Shown piece by piece: positions 30,411-40,353 of a stretch of 64,000 bases of DNA. Below the pieces are notes generated by a model. It was not told where the DNA came from. It made no database searches and saw nothing but the letters and a program-made list of their open reading frames with translations. The stretch is from Gammaproteobacteria bacterium (GTDB taxonomy: Bacteria; Pseudomonadota; Gammaproteobacteria; JBCCGL01). Where the stretch lies: contig OZ255836.1 in assembly GCA_965277715.1 (NCBI GenBank), forward strand, positions 4,192,001-4,256,000, in the 5' to 3' direction. The translations under genes were made by a program, and so were the position numbers. Numbering within the stretch: position 1 is the first letter of the stretch; each line of letters starts with the position of its first letter.

Positions 30411-31532
30411 TTAGAGCTTGCCGTAGTAGTGCTCGTAAGCGCCCCGGTAATCTGGTGCGTTGTTGAGCGCGTAGGCGCCGTGGCGTTTCGCCCAGGCTTT
30501 TTGCGAATCGATGACTTTCTTAAAGAAGTCGTCAGAGGCACTGATACGCTCGACAACCACATCCCAGGCTTTGAGTTGGTCCTGCATCACACTGTCTGGT
30601 GTGCGGTGGACATTGACACCGTAGTCCTGCTTGAGGCTGACCAGATCCTGCGAGTAGCGCTCCATGGCTTTCCAGGCCATATCGGAAGAGGCGGCTTCAG
30701 ATGCGTATTCCAGTATTGCCTGGTGTTCTTCCGGCAATTTTTCATACAGGCCCTTGTTGTAGATAATCTCGAAACATTCCTGTGACTGATGAAAGCTACC
30801 CAGGTGGTAGTCTTTGGAGACATCCTGCATACCAAAGTCTTTATCTGAGGTTGGGTTGTTGAATTCAGCCGCGTCGATTAAGCCGCTTTTCATCGCCGGT
30901 TGAATTTCGCCGCCGGGGAGCTGTACCACGGACATACCCATTTCCTGCAAAACGTCCGCAGCCAGGCCGACTGTGCGGTATTTAAGGCCTTTCATCTGGC
31001 TGGGTTCAGAGATTTTTTCTTTAAACCAGCCCAGTGGCTGGGCGGGCATGGGGCCTGAGAAGAAACCCACCAGATCGAGCCTTAAGCGGTCGTGCATCAG
31101 CTCGTAGTAGAGCTCTTTACCACCACCGTATTGAATCCATCCCATCAGCTCGTTGGCGGTCCAGCCAAAGCAGGGGCCTGTGCCAAACAGTGATGCCACC
31201 GGGCTTTTGGAATACCAGTAAGCGGTGACCAGGTGGGCGCCATCGAGCACGCCTTTGTGCACAGCGGTTTGCATTTCTGCGGTTTTGACCACGGCACCCA
31301 CGCCGAGCAGGTCAATTTTCAGGCTGCCGCCAGACATTTTGTTAACGCGGTTAACGTAGTCCTTGGCAAATTCCAGGAAGATGCCACCACCCCAGGCCGC
31401 CTGAACTTTCAGTACGATAGGTTTGGCCCCGATGGCAAAGGTTGGCAGTGTTGCTGCAGTGGCGCCTGTCGCTAGCGCAGCACCACCTGCTTTGAGGAAT
31501 TTTCTGCGGGATGTTGTCTGTTCATTACTCAT
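30411..31532 (-). CDS. dctP: TRAP substrate-binding protein (DctP family, Tat-exported)
   Basis: SRRKFLK Tat motif, GLKYRTVG and IDAAEF motifs. Confidence 0.92.
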   Translation of the reverse strand: MSNEQTTSRRKFLKAGGAALATGATAATLPTFAIGAKPIVLKVQAAWGGGIFLEFAKDYVNRVNKMSGGSLKIDLLGVGAVVKTAEMQTAVHKGVLDGAHLVTAYWYSKSPVASLFGTGPCFGWTANELMGWIQYGGGKELYYELMHDRLRLDLVGFFSGPMPAQPLGWFKEKISEPSQMKGLKYRTVGLAADVLQEMGMSVVQLPGGEIQPAMKSGLIDAAEFNNPTSDKDFGMQDVSKDYHLGSFHQSQECFEIIYNKGLYEKLPEEHQAILEYASEAASSDMAWKAMERYSQDLVSLKQDYGVNVHRTPDSVMQDQLKAWDVVVERISASDDFFKKVIDSQKAWAKRHGAYALNNAPDYRGAYEHYYGKL

Positions 31533-31759
31533 AGTTGAAATCTCCGGTGATCTATGTGGTAAATACTTAGTTGGATTACATGCTCCGCGCTACGCCTATT
31601 CTACTGTCGATAGGTTGATTGAATATATGGAGCAGTGCCTGTTAGTTCTGGTATACCAGCGCAAAGACTACGTTACTGTTTGTTAATATGCAAGGTGGCC
31701 GGAAAGTTCTTATCGGTAGCTCGATAGCTCGATAGCGGTGTGTGGCCCGCTGGATAGCA

Positions 31760-32728
31760 TCACACTAATCTGTCACGCGGTGCCTGCCCGCTAAAAATAG
31801 CGTCCAGGTTATCCAGCGCACGAAACCCCATTGCATCCCGGGTTTCATCGGTGGCGCTACCGATATGGGGGAGTAAAAATACATTGTCCAGTTGGCGATA
31901 CTGCGGGTGAATATCACGCGGCTCACCGTTGAACACATCCAGCCCGGCGGCCCACAATTTACCGGATGTCAGTGCATCGATGAGTGCGTCATCATCGACA
32001 ATGGCACCGCGTGCCGTGTTGACCACAATGGCACCATCGGGCAGGTGGTTTATCCGCTCAGCATTGAGCAGGCCGGTTGTTTGAGGGGTCGCAGGGCAGT
32101 GAATGGACAACACCTCACTGTGAGCCAATAGGCTCTCTAGCGTGTCGTGGTAGCGATAACCCGTATCGGCATCATTCGCCAGGGGGTGGCGGTTATGGTA
32201 GTGAATCTGCATATCAAACCCGCGCGCACGGGCGGCGGTAATCTGGCCCACGCGACCCATACCAATAATGCCCAGTCGTTTGCCGGTAATTTGTTTACCA
32301 ACCATAAATGCCGGGCTCCAATCGCGCCAGGCTTTGCTGCGCACCAGGCGTTCACCCTCACTGCCACGCCTTGCAGCACCGAGCATCAATAGCAGCGCGA
32401 TTTCTGCTGTCGCATCGCTTAGCACATCGGGGGTGTTGGTGACGATGATGCCTTTTTTCTTCGCGGCATCGAGATCTACATGGTCGGTGCCCACTGAAAA
32501 ATTAGCGATGGCTTTGATATTGGCGGGGAGTTGTTGAATAAATTCAGCGGGGAATTTCTCGGTATGGCAGGGCAGGATAGCGTCGGCCTTTACACAGTGT
32601 TCGAGCAGTTCCCGGTGGGTGTACAGTGTGTCCTCTGGATTTAGTAGCGCCTGATAGTCCCGTTGTAGGCGTTGTTCGACGGCTTTGGGTAGTTTGCGGG
32701 TAACCAGAATTGTGGGTTTGTCGTTCAT
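31760..32728 (-). CDS. D-2-hydroxyacid (glyoxylate/hydroxypyruvate) reductase
   Basis: VTNTPDVL, GMGRVG, NTARG, GLDVF and LPHIGSAT motifs. Confidence 0.92.
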   Translation of the reverse strand: MNDKPTILVTRKLPKAVEQRLQRDYQALLNPEDTLYTHRELLEHCVKADAILPCHTEKFPAEFIQQLPANIKAIANFSVGTDHVDLDAAKKKGIIVTNTPDVLSDATAEIALLLMLGAARRGSEGERLVRSKAWRDWSPAFMVGKQITGKRLGIIGMGRVGQITAARARGFDMQIHYHNRHPLANDADTGYRYHDTLESLLAHSEVLSIHCPATPQTTGLLNAERINHLPDGAIVVNTARGAIVDDDALIDALTSGKLWAAGLDVFNGEPRDIHPQYRQLDNVFLLPHIGSATDETRDAMGFRALDNLDAIFSGQAPRDRLV

Positions 32729-32744
32729 TGTATTATCTCCGGGT

Positions 32745-33029
32745 TCACTCAGTTTTTACTGCCGACGGTTTATCTGTGGTGTGTGTCCATAGTTGCTGCA
32801 CTGTTTCGCTGAAGCGATTGGGTTGATCGCGGGGTGCAAATGCCGCAATTAGCAACCAGATAAGGGCAGTAATAATGACGGTGCATTGAAACGCATTGGC
32901 CAGATGCGGCTTTGCCATCAGTGTTTTTAACCATTGGCGATTGCTGTAATAGACCTGTACTAATACCCCGATTAGGTTGCCAATGGCTTTAAAGGGGAGA
33001 AGGTAGAATGTTTTGAGCTGCGCCAGCAT
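32745..33029 (-). CDS. Small hypothetical membrane protein
   Basis: 94-aa ORF with a hydrophobic segment, co-oriented upstream of the reductase. Confidence 0.5.
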   Translation of the reverse strand: MLAQLKTFYLLPFKAIGNLIGVLVQVYYSNRQWLKTLMAKPHLANAFQCTVIITALIWLLIAAFAPRDQPNRFSETVQQLWTHTTDKPSAVKTE

Positions 33030-33077
33030 GATGGCCCTGGGTGTTTATTTTGAGACGGTGTTTAGCGTACTAAATGA

Positions 33078-33104
33078 ACCTAAATTCCTCAGTTGAATCT
33101 AGGT
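33078..33104. mobile_element. MITE family A, collapsed 27-bp copy
   Basis: ACCTAAATTCCTCAGTTGAATCTAGGT (left end fused to a right-end-like terminus) flanked by a perfect TGA/TGA duplication. Confidence 0.75.
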
Positions 33105-33214
33105 TGAACGAATCAACGATACATCAGTAGTGTATCGTCAGGGTCTGTGCATTGATAGCGTTTAGCTGGGTCTGCCTGGGGCTGGGTTTGGTGTCGTGTG
33201 CCGCTTTGGGCCTG

Positions 33215-33679
33215 TCAGTCAGTTATTTTAGGGGGAGTTGCATCCGCTGTATCTGGTCTGCTATTGCTATAGTCCAGAATGGCCTTCGTCATTGCAATGA
33301 AGTGTTTGCGTATTGTGGGTTGCAGCGTTTTCGGCAGTTTGTTGAGTGCGTGGTTTAGTTCAGCGTTAGGGCTGTAGTAGGTTGCCTGCAGGTCGTTGAC
33401 GTTTTTTGCAGGTGCATCGGGTAGGATTGAACCCTGCCCTGAGATCAACCATTGGCTGTTGACGCCAAGTTCTTTGGCGATAACATTGATTCTGAGGGCT
33501 TTGGGTAGGGTTCGACCATCCAGCCATTTTTGGGCAGCCTGCGGGGTTACCTGAAATGCCCCGGCTACAGCGCGCTGGCGCCCATTGCCAGTGACCGGGT
33601 ATTCTGCCATGTCCAGCGCCTGGTTGAGCCGCTGGGCAAAGGCGAGTGCTTCGTTATCAGTCAGTATATCTATAGCCAT
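33215..33679 (-). CDS. Phage CI/Cro-like XRE HTH regulator lacking an S24 peptidase domain
   Basis: FAQRLNQAL..GRQ..VTPQAAQKWLDGRTLP..IAKELGVNSQWLISGQG. Confidence 0.8.
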   Translation of the reverse strand: MAIDILTDNEALAFAQRLNQALDMAEYPVTGNGRQRAVAGAFQVTPQAAQKWLDGRTLPKALRINVIAKELGVNSQWLISGQGSILPDAPAKNVNDLQATYYSPNAELNHALNKLPKTLQPTIRKHFIAMTKAILDYSNSRPDTADATPPKITD

Positions 33680-33915
33680 GTAACCGGATATTACCTTATT
33701 GTCTATAATAATCAGTTGTTTGAATTTGGTAACTATTAGTTGTACAATTTGTATGCCAATACCTTAATAAAGGCATGTGATGGCTGTTTCGGTGATTTGT
33801 CAGATATTGTCTTTAATATTGGGCTGAAAGGTGTCAGTCGTTTGATTTTTGGGCTTCGTAGGCACTGTTTTTTTAACATTTTGATGTTTTTTTAACATTT
33901 TGATAATGGATAATA

Positions 33916-35151
33916 ATGGAAAAAGAATGTATTAATCTGCACCCGGCCAGGCGGGTGTTGACCAGGGGGGCGTTGTTCTGCTCTCAGTCTTCGTATTTGC
34001 CGCTACTCCATATACTGTGCTCGCTGTTTCCCGCTGGGTTGGCAAGTGCGTATCTACCCGCCCATCTACCTGTCTGGCTCCCGTTGTTGGGTTGGGGGGC
34101 ATTGGTGGGTATCAGCGTCCACTGTTTTCGCTGGTTGCGTGTGTCACGTTGTCGGTCTGGTTTTTTTAAATACAGGCTGTTTCAGTACCGGATGATTATT
34201 TATGCCCTGTGTATCGGTCTGGTATATGGCTTGAGTGGCGTTCTGGGGTTGTGGTGGTTGCCAGTTTCCTCTCACGGGGTTTTTATCGCAGTATTGGCTG
34301 TAGTCAGCACAGTAGGGGTGCTGACATTTTGTGTTGACAGAGTGACGTTTGGTGTTTACTCACTGGCTGTTTTTATGCCAGTGCTGTTGTTGGCGGCTAT
34401 TCACTCAGAGATACCTGACGGTCTTACGGTTGTGGCGGGGCTTATCGCCCTTGTACTGATGTGCAGTGTGTTCATCGGGCACTCGCTATTGATGCAATCG
34501 TCAGTTGAGAGGCAGTTGGCTAGTGCAAACCGTGTAAAACGGTTGGCCGTGGACAATCGTCGCCTGTTGCGCCTGTCCACTCTCGACCCCCTCACTACGC
34601 TGGCTAATCGGCGGTTATTTGATAGCACGCTGGAATGCGAGTGGCGGCGCGCAATGCGGGCGGGTACGTCGTTATCGGTGATGATGATGGATGTGGATTT
34701 TTTTAAGGAGTACAACGACCACTATGGACATTTACAGGCGGATGAATGCCTGCGACAGATTGCCCGTGTGCTGCGCAGAGAGACCCAGCGCCCCGCCGAT
34801 TTGGCAGCGCGGTTTGGTGGTGATGAGTTTTGCGCGGTTATCCCCGATACGCCGACTAACGGCGTGCTGCATTTTGCCAACCGGGTTTATCACGGTGTTG
34901 CACGATTGCGCCTGCCGCATCGGCAGTCACCCTGTGGGCGCATTTCGGTATCGATTGGGGTGGCGACTGTGGCACCCAGTGAGTCTCTGACGTGTGAGGC
35001 GTTGCTACACGCGGCGGATTGCGCGCTGTACCGGGCTAAAGCGAGTGGGCGAAACCGTATTCACGTCGGCAAGATTGATTGGTGTGATCTGTCGCTTACG
35101 GATAACCCACTCCCCAGAGGGGATGCACCCAGCCACTATTTTACATTGTAG
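33916..35151 (+). CDS. Membrane-bound diguanylate cyclase
   Basis: N-terminal TM bundle; DPLTTLANRR, DVDFFK.YND.YGH, I-site RPAD, active-site GGDEF. Confidence 0.92.
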   Translation: MEKECINLHPARRVLTRGALFCSQSSYLPLLHILCSLFPAGLASAYLPAHLPVWLPLLGWGALVGISVHCFRWLRVSRCRSGFFKYRLFQYRMIIYALCIGLVYGLSGVLGLWWLPVSSHGVFIAVLAVVSTVGVLTFCVDRVTFGVYSLAVFMPVLLLAAIHSEIPDGLTVVAGLIALVLMCSVFIGHSLLMQSSVERQLASANRVKRLAVDNRRLLRLSTLDPLTTLANRRLFDSTLECEWRRAMRAGTSLSVMMMDVDFFKEYNDHYGHLQADECLRQIARVLRRETQRPADLAARFGGDEFCAVIPDTPTNGVLHFANRVYHGVARLRLPHRQSPCGRISVSIGVATVAPSESLTCEALLHAADCALYRAKASGRNRIHVGKIDWCDLSLTDNPLPRGDAPSHYFTL

Positions 35152-38100
35152 AGCAGCGCGTACATAACGGGCACGATGCACAAGGTGAGCAGTGTTGAAA
35201 ACAGTAACCCAGCGATAATCGCAACGGCCATTGGCTCCCACATTTCACCGCCGCCAAAATACAGCGGCAGCAGGCCCAGCACGGTTGTGGCGGTGGTGAG
35301 CAGGATAGGGCGAAGCCGACGTTGCGCGGCCTCGACAATCCCGGCCAATGGCGCCAGGCCGTTATCTTCAATTTCCTGTTTGATGCGCTCCAGCAATACG
35401 ATGGCATTGTTAATCACGATACCCGACAGTGAAATAATACCGAGAAAGGTCATAAAGCCGAAGAATGATTGCGCAATCAATAAACCGAAGATGACGCCGA
35501 TAAACCCCAAGGGGATAGTGATTAAAATAATCAGAGGTTTGCGCAGGGAGTTAAATTGCGCCACAAGTAATAGCAGGATAATGGCGATGGCGATAGGCAG
35601 TTTGTCGGCAATCGATTGATTGGCCTTGCCGGAGGATTCGGCCTCACCGCCCAGTTCGTAACGATAACCCACGGGCCAATCGCGCTGTTGCTGTGCCAGC
35701 CAGGGAGTGAGCGCGGCAAAGGCGTGGGTTGCCGAAGCACCCGCCGTCAGTTGCGCGCCGACAGTAACGGTTTTTAGCCGGTCGCGCCGCAGTATCTTGG
35801 CAACTTGCCATTCAATCGCCAGGTCGGCGACTTGGGTGAGTGGCACCGACGTGCCACTCGATTGAGAGTAGACGGCCAGTGCCTGCAATGTGCTGATGTC
35901 CTGCCGGTTGTCGCCGGTGGCGCGGAGTGTGATGGGGAGAGTGTCTCCACCCTCACGGTACTGGGTCAGCTCCAGACCGCTGAGGCCGGTTTGTAATGAG
36001 GAGGCGATGTCCTGACTGGAGACACCGGCGCGCAGCGCACGCGCCTGGTCGATGTTCACCCGCAATTTCTTTATGCGTTGCCCCCAATCGTCGTTGATAT
36101 TTTTGAGTGTGGGCATTGATGCCATTTTTTGTTTAAGCGCCGACACAATGCGAAAGAGTGTATCGGTATCACGGCCGTATAAACGTATTTCCACGGGGTT
36201 GGCTACCGATGGGCCACTTTCTATTTTTTTCAGGGTGACTTGTGCATCGGGAAAGTGTGTAAAGGTGTAATCGTCGAGTTTTTGAATTGTCGCGTTGATT
36301 ATTTTGGCAGAGGTGGTGTTGATGACCAGCAATGCGTAGTTGGCGCTGGCCGCTTTTGCCGTGTGCGATATAACAAAACGCGGCCCACCTGAGCCGATAT
36401 AACTGACCCAGTTGGTAATGCCTTCACCATTGCCTGTGCCTGTTCCGCTGTGCAATGTATCGGCCATGTAGCCTTCTATTTGTTTGACGATGGTTTCAGT
36501 GCGGTAGATTGTCGTGCCCAGTGGCAGCTCAATCTCGGCGGTAAAGAAGGCTCTGTCTGAGGGGGGAAAGAACAGACTGGGTATGTATTTAAAGCAACTT
36601 ACGGCGATAAAAAATAACAGCGCCACGGCTAACAGCGTCAGGTAGCGAAAGCGTAGCAGGCTGTTTAACAGCGCTCTATACAGTGTGTAGAAGGTATTAT
36701 CGAATGGGTTTTTTTGTGGGCTGGTTTTTAAAAAACTCACACACAAAAGTGGAATAATGGTGAGAGACAATAACCATGAGCACAACAGGGTAATGGTGAC
36801 CACTTTAAACAGTGAGGCGGTAAATTCGCCGGTGCTCGATTCGGCCAGAAATATGGGCAAAAATGCAGCGGCGGTCGTCAGGGAGGATGTCAGTAGTGGA
36901 ATGCGTAACTCCAGCGCTGAGTCAACGGCGGCATCGACAGGCTTTTGCCCGCCGTTCATGCGCACCAGTATGTTCTCTGACATAACAATGCCGTTGTCGA
37001 CCAACATGCCCAGGGCAATAATCAATGCGGCGAGTGAAATTTGATCGAGGCCGATATCGAGCACTGACATTACCAATACCGCCAGCACCATACTGGCGGG
37101 TATCAATACCGTCACCACCAGCCCGGTACGCAAACCGAGGCTTAGGATAATGACTGCCGCCACCACCGCAATTGCCTGCACCAGGTTTGAAATAAAGCCG
37201 CTGACCTTATTTTCAACTTCCTGCGGCGAGAAGTTAATAGTTTCGAAATCGATACCGTACGGGTAGGCGTTTTGTAATCGCTGTATGACGGCGGTTACCT
37301 GCCTGCCAAGCGCAATGTTATTGCCACCCTCGCGCATCGAAATGGCCAGGGCAATTGCCGGTGCGCCAGATGCCCTCACTTTAGTTGAAGGCGGGTCGAT
37401 ATAGGCACGGCTAATAGTGGCTATATCGCGTAAGTAAAACACCTGGTCGCTACCGGGGATCTGAATGATCGTCTGCCCAATATCCTCAAGCGATTGAAAG
37501 TTGCCGGTGGGTTCCAGCTCGATACGTTCATTGCCGAGCACGATGGAGCCGCCGGGCACCAGGATATTTCTGGCGCTGAGTATTTGTGACAGTTGCCCCG
37601 GTGACAATTTGAGCTCTGCCAGCCGTGCGTTGTTGTATTCGACGTACACCCGTTCCGCCTGTGCGCCGTAGATATCGACCTTTGCGGTATCCGGGATATG
37701 CAATAACGCCTCGCGGGCATTATCGGCGTAGCTTTTCAGCTCGGCGTAGCTAAACCCCTCGCCGGTAAGTGCGAGCACAATGCCAAATATATCGCCAAAT
37801 TCATCGTTGACAATCGGCCCGATAACGCCGCTGGGCAGGTCGTTTTTTACCCCTTCAATTTTGCGTCGCAGGCTGTCCCAGATAGGGCGCATATTGGTGT
37901 AGCTCTCCTTGATATTGACAATGATAATCGAGACGCCGGTGCGCGATTCGCTGCTGACAAAATCCAGCTCGGGAATTTCCTGGACGACTTTTTCAATCTT
38001 ATCGGAGATAAGCGCTTCGATACGTTCTGGGCTGGCACCGGGAAAATGGGTGACTACCTGTGCGGCGCGGATAATAAAGCCGGGGTCATAGGCGCGTGGC

Positions 38101-38195
38101 ATACTCAGGTAGGCCTGTGTGCCAGCGAATAAAATAACCACCAGTAAAACCCAGGTGGTGCGGTTATTTTCAATCGCTAAACGCGTGATATTCAA
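35136..38195 (-). CDS. RND efflux permease (AcrB/AcrD/AcrF family)
   Basis: 1019 aa; GMLVDNGIV, GIVINNAIVL and RLRPILLT motifs; TTG start. Confidence 0.95.
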   Translation of the reverse strand: MNITRLAIENNRTTWVLLVVILFAGTQAYLSMPRAYDPGFIIRAAQVVTHFPGASPERIEALISDKIEKVVQEIPELDFVSSESRTGVSIIIVNIKESYTNMRPIWDSLRRKIEGVKNDLPSGVIGPIVNDEFGDIFGIVLALTGEGFSYAELKSYADNAREALLHIPDTAKVDIYGAQAERVYVEYNNARLAELKLSPGQLSQILSARNILVPGGSIVLGNERIELEPTGNFQSLEDIGQTIIQIPGSDQVFYLRDIATISRAYIDPPSTKVRASGAPAIALAISMREGGNNIALGRQVTAVIQRLQNAYPYGIDFETINFSPQEVENKVSGFISNLVQAIAVVAAVIILSLGLRTGLVVTVLIPASMVLAVLVMSVLDIGLDQISLAALIIALGMLVDNGIVMSENILVRMNGGQKPVDAAVDSALELRIPLLTSSLTTAAAFLPIFLAESSTGEFTASLFKVVTITLLCSWLLSLTIIPLLCVSFLKTSPQKNPFDNTFYTLYRALLNSLLRFRYLTLLAVALLFFIAVSCFKYIPSLFFPPSDRAFFTAEIELPLGTTIYRTETIVKQIEGYMADTLHSGTGTGNGEGITNWVSYIGSGGPRFVISHTAKAASANYALLVINTTSAKIINATIQKLDDYTFTHFPDAQVTLKKIESGPSVANPVEIRLYGRDTDTLFRIVSALKQKMASMPTLKNINDDWGQRIKKLRVNIDQARALRAGVSSQDIASSLQTGLSGLELTQYREGGDTLPITLRATGDNRQDISTLQALAVYSQSSGTSVPLTQVADLAIEWQVAKILRRDRLKTVTVGAQLTAGASATHAFAALTPWLAQQQRDWPVGYRYELGGEAESSGKANQSIADKLPIAIAIILLLLVAQFNSLRKPLIILITIPLGFIGVIFGLLIAQSFFGFMTFLGIISLSGIVINNAIVLLERIKQEIEDNGLAPLAGIVEAAQRRLRPILLTTATTVLGLLPLYFGGGEMWEPMAVAIIAGLLFSTLLTLCIVPVMYALLYNVK

Positions 38196-38283
38196 CCTAA
38201 AAACCTCAGTTGAAAAAAGGATAATGCATTGATGTTAACCATCATTAATACAGAGGATATACGGTCAACTGCGGCTTTTAGAT
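38195..38283. mobile_element. MITE family A-related 89-bp element between the MFP and RND genes
   Basis: TIRs ACCTAAAAACCTCAGTTGA / TCAACTGCGGCTTTTAGAT with a perfect TCA/TCA duplication. Confidence 0.8.
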
Positions 38284-38289
38284 TCAAAG

Positions 38290-39408
38290 TTATTCCCTGG
38301 TTTCCAGGCGTACCTTTAGACCCGCATGTATTTTACTCATACCGGCTACGATGACGTAATCCCCATCCTGTAAACCGGTATCGACAATGATTCCCTGTGA
38401 GGTAATTTTGCCGACGGTGATATTCGTGCGTTGTACTATGCCGAGTGCGTTATCGGCCTGGTTTTGGGTAGCCTGGTTTTGGGTAGCCTGGGGTTGAGCT
38501 GTGTAGACAAAACGCCCCTGTTCATCCTCCAGTACCGCGTGGGACGGCAGGTAGAATACGCCGGGGGCGTCGTTGTCGATATTGCGTCGTGCGTGAACGG
38601 TGCTGGTCATACCCGGCAGTATCGAATAGCCGGTGGTATTTGACATAGTGAGCGCGACTTTAAAGGTTTTGGTGGCCTTGTCTGCCTGGGTGGCGGCTTC
38701 CTTGAAGGTGAGGGGAAATTGCTCGCCTTCGATCGCGTCAAATGTGGCGTAGGAGGTATAGGGCTTTTCTTCGTCGCCCTTGACGGCAATCATCAGGCTT
38801 TCCGGTACATCAATCGATACCACCAGTCTGGAGAGGTCTTGAATTGAGATAATGGTTTGCCTGTTGCTGACCTCTTCAAAGCGCTCGACGTGGTGCTTGG
38901 CCACCACGCCGGCAAAAGGGGCGAGCAGACGGGTGTATTTTATATTTTGTTTCGAGGCTGAGAATTGCGCTTTCGCGGTGCTGTAACTGGCTTTGAGGGT
39001 CTCGAAGTCAGCCTTGGAAATATGCCCTTTATCGACCAGTGATCGGCCACGTTTGAAGGCTGATTCGGCGCTGTTGAAGTTGGCTTTGTCTTTGCTCAGT
39101 GCAATGGCAAAATCGGCCTGATCCAGCTCGGCCAGTAGCTGGCCTTTTTTAACCTCCTCACCTTCGTTGACCAGGAGTTTCTTCACCACGCCCGATACCC
39201 TAAATGCCAGCTCGGCTTTGCGCACGGCGTCGACAACACCGGGTAGCTGGCGGATGTTTTGGTTTTTGCTGGCGCTAACGCGCAGCGTTTTTACCGGTCT
39301 CAGCACCGTTTCGGTCGTTTCTGGCGCCGATTCACTGCCACAGCCGGTTAGCCAAAGAGCGGATAACAGCAGGGCGATTAGCTGACAGGCGATCAGGTTT
39401 TTGTGCAT
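38290..39408 (-). CDS. RND periplasmic adaptor (MFP), lipoprotein
   Basis: Lipobox LTGC, LAFRVSG, GEEVKKGQLLAELD and LLAPFAG motifs. Confidence 0.93.
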   Translation of the reverse strand: MHKNLIACQLIALLLSALWLTGCGSESAPETTETVLRPVKTLRVSASKNQNIRQLPGVVDAVRKAELAFRVSGVVKKLLVNEGEEVKKGQLLAELDQADFAIALSKDKANFNSAESAFKRGRSLVDKGHISKADFETLKASYSTAKAQFSASKQNIKYTRLLAPFAGVVAKHHVERFEEVSNRQTIISIQDLSRLVVSIDVPESLMIAVKGDEEKPYTSYATFDAIEGEQFPLTFKEAATQADKATKTFKVALTMSNTTGYSILPGMTSTVHARRNIDNDAPGVFYLPSHAVLEDEQGRFVYTAQPQATQNQATQNQADNALGIVQRTNITVGKITSQGIIVDTGLQDGDYVIVAGMSKIHAGLKVRLETRE

Positions 39409-39432
39409 AAGAAAATCTCAGTCGCTACCTGG

Positions 39433-39519
39433 GAACCTGTCGGATTCAGAACGGCTCTACTGCGGAAAAGCCCCAAACCGGTCCTTCCCCCGTTACGAGC
39501 GCCTAAACTCGACAGGCTC
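39433..39519. mobile_element. MITE family B, 87-bp copy
   Basis: TIRs GAACCTGTCGGATTCAG / CTAAACTCGACAGGCTC; flanks CTGG/CTAG; related ends at 45812 and 51561. Confidence 0.75.
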
Positions 39520-40263
39520 CTAGTGGTATTTTTCGGTGGTGTAGTGTCCGGGCTCGCGTCGGCGGTGGCGCTGCATACCACGCGATTCGAGTACCGTGCT
39601 CACGTCTTTAATCATCGCGGCACTGCCGCACATCATCACGTGTGCATTATCGGCAGTGAGTGAAATGCCCGCCCGGCTCTCCAGCGTGCCATTTTCAATG
39701 GCCGCCGGGATGCGCATCCGCAGTGCATGGTCAACATCTTCACGGGTGATCAGTGGAATAAAACAAAATTGCCCGGTGTGATCGCTTACCAGTTTGGCTA
39801 TGATGTCTGAATACGCCAGCTCTTCAGCGTTGCGAACACAATAGCACAGCGTTATACGTTGAAAGCGCTGCCATACAGCCCCGCTGTTGAGAATAGAGAG
39901 AAAGGGGCCAATTGCAGTGCCCGTTGCCAGCATCCACAGGTGGCGTGCCTCAGGTACTTCGTTGACGGTGAGGAATCCGGTCGGGTTCGTGGCGACTAAC
40001 ACACTGTCACCTTTTTGCAGGGTAAATAGCCTGGGTGATAACGGGCCTTCTGGCACGCGATTAAAGTAGATTTCCAGTGGTGATGCTGTTGGAGCGTTGA
40101 CCAGTGAATAGGGACGGGCAATAATCTCGCCCGCAATCTCCAGCCCAACGCGAACGAATTGGCCCGCCTGAAACTGGCCTAATGGGGCGTCAATTTTTAA
40201 CGAGGTAAGTCGTTCGTTCCAGCGATAATTTTCGACAACAGTGCCGGTGTGCCACTTAACCAT
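39520..40263 (-). CDS. fpr: Ferredoxin/flavodoxin-NADP+ reductase
   Basis: FQAGQF, RPYS, GPLSPRL, ATGTAIGPF, MMCGS and C-terminal EKYH motifs. Confidence 0.92.
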   Translation of the reverse strand: MVKWHTGTVVENYRWNERLTSLKIDAPLGQFQAGQFVRVGLEIAGEIIARPYSLVNAPTASPLEIYFNRVPEGPLSPRLFTLQKGDSVLVATNPTGFLTVNEVPEARHLWMLATGTAIGPFLSILNSGAVWQRFQRITLCYCVRNAEELAYSDIIAKLVSDHTGQFCFIPLITREDVDHALRMRIPAAIENGTLESRAGISLTADNAHVMMCGSAAMIKDVSTVLESRGMQRHRRREPGHYTTEKYH

Positions 40264-40353
40264 TGGCCTGACCCTTTACTAATAAAGTAAATAGTAGTTT
40301 AGCGCATTCCGGCAGGTTCCTAGAAGCCTGTGCAGCGTCTATAGAGAAGAATA

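Noticed and set aside
33215-33679. Prophage
   Set aside because: Only a repressor-like gene; no integrase, structural, lysis or replication genes nearby.
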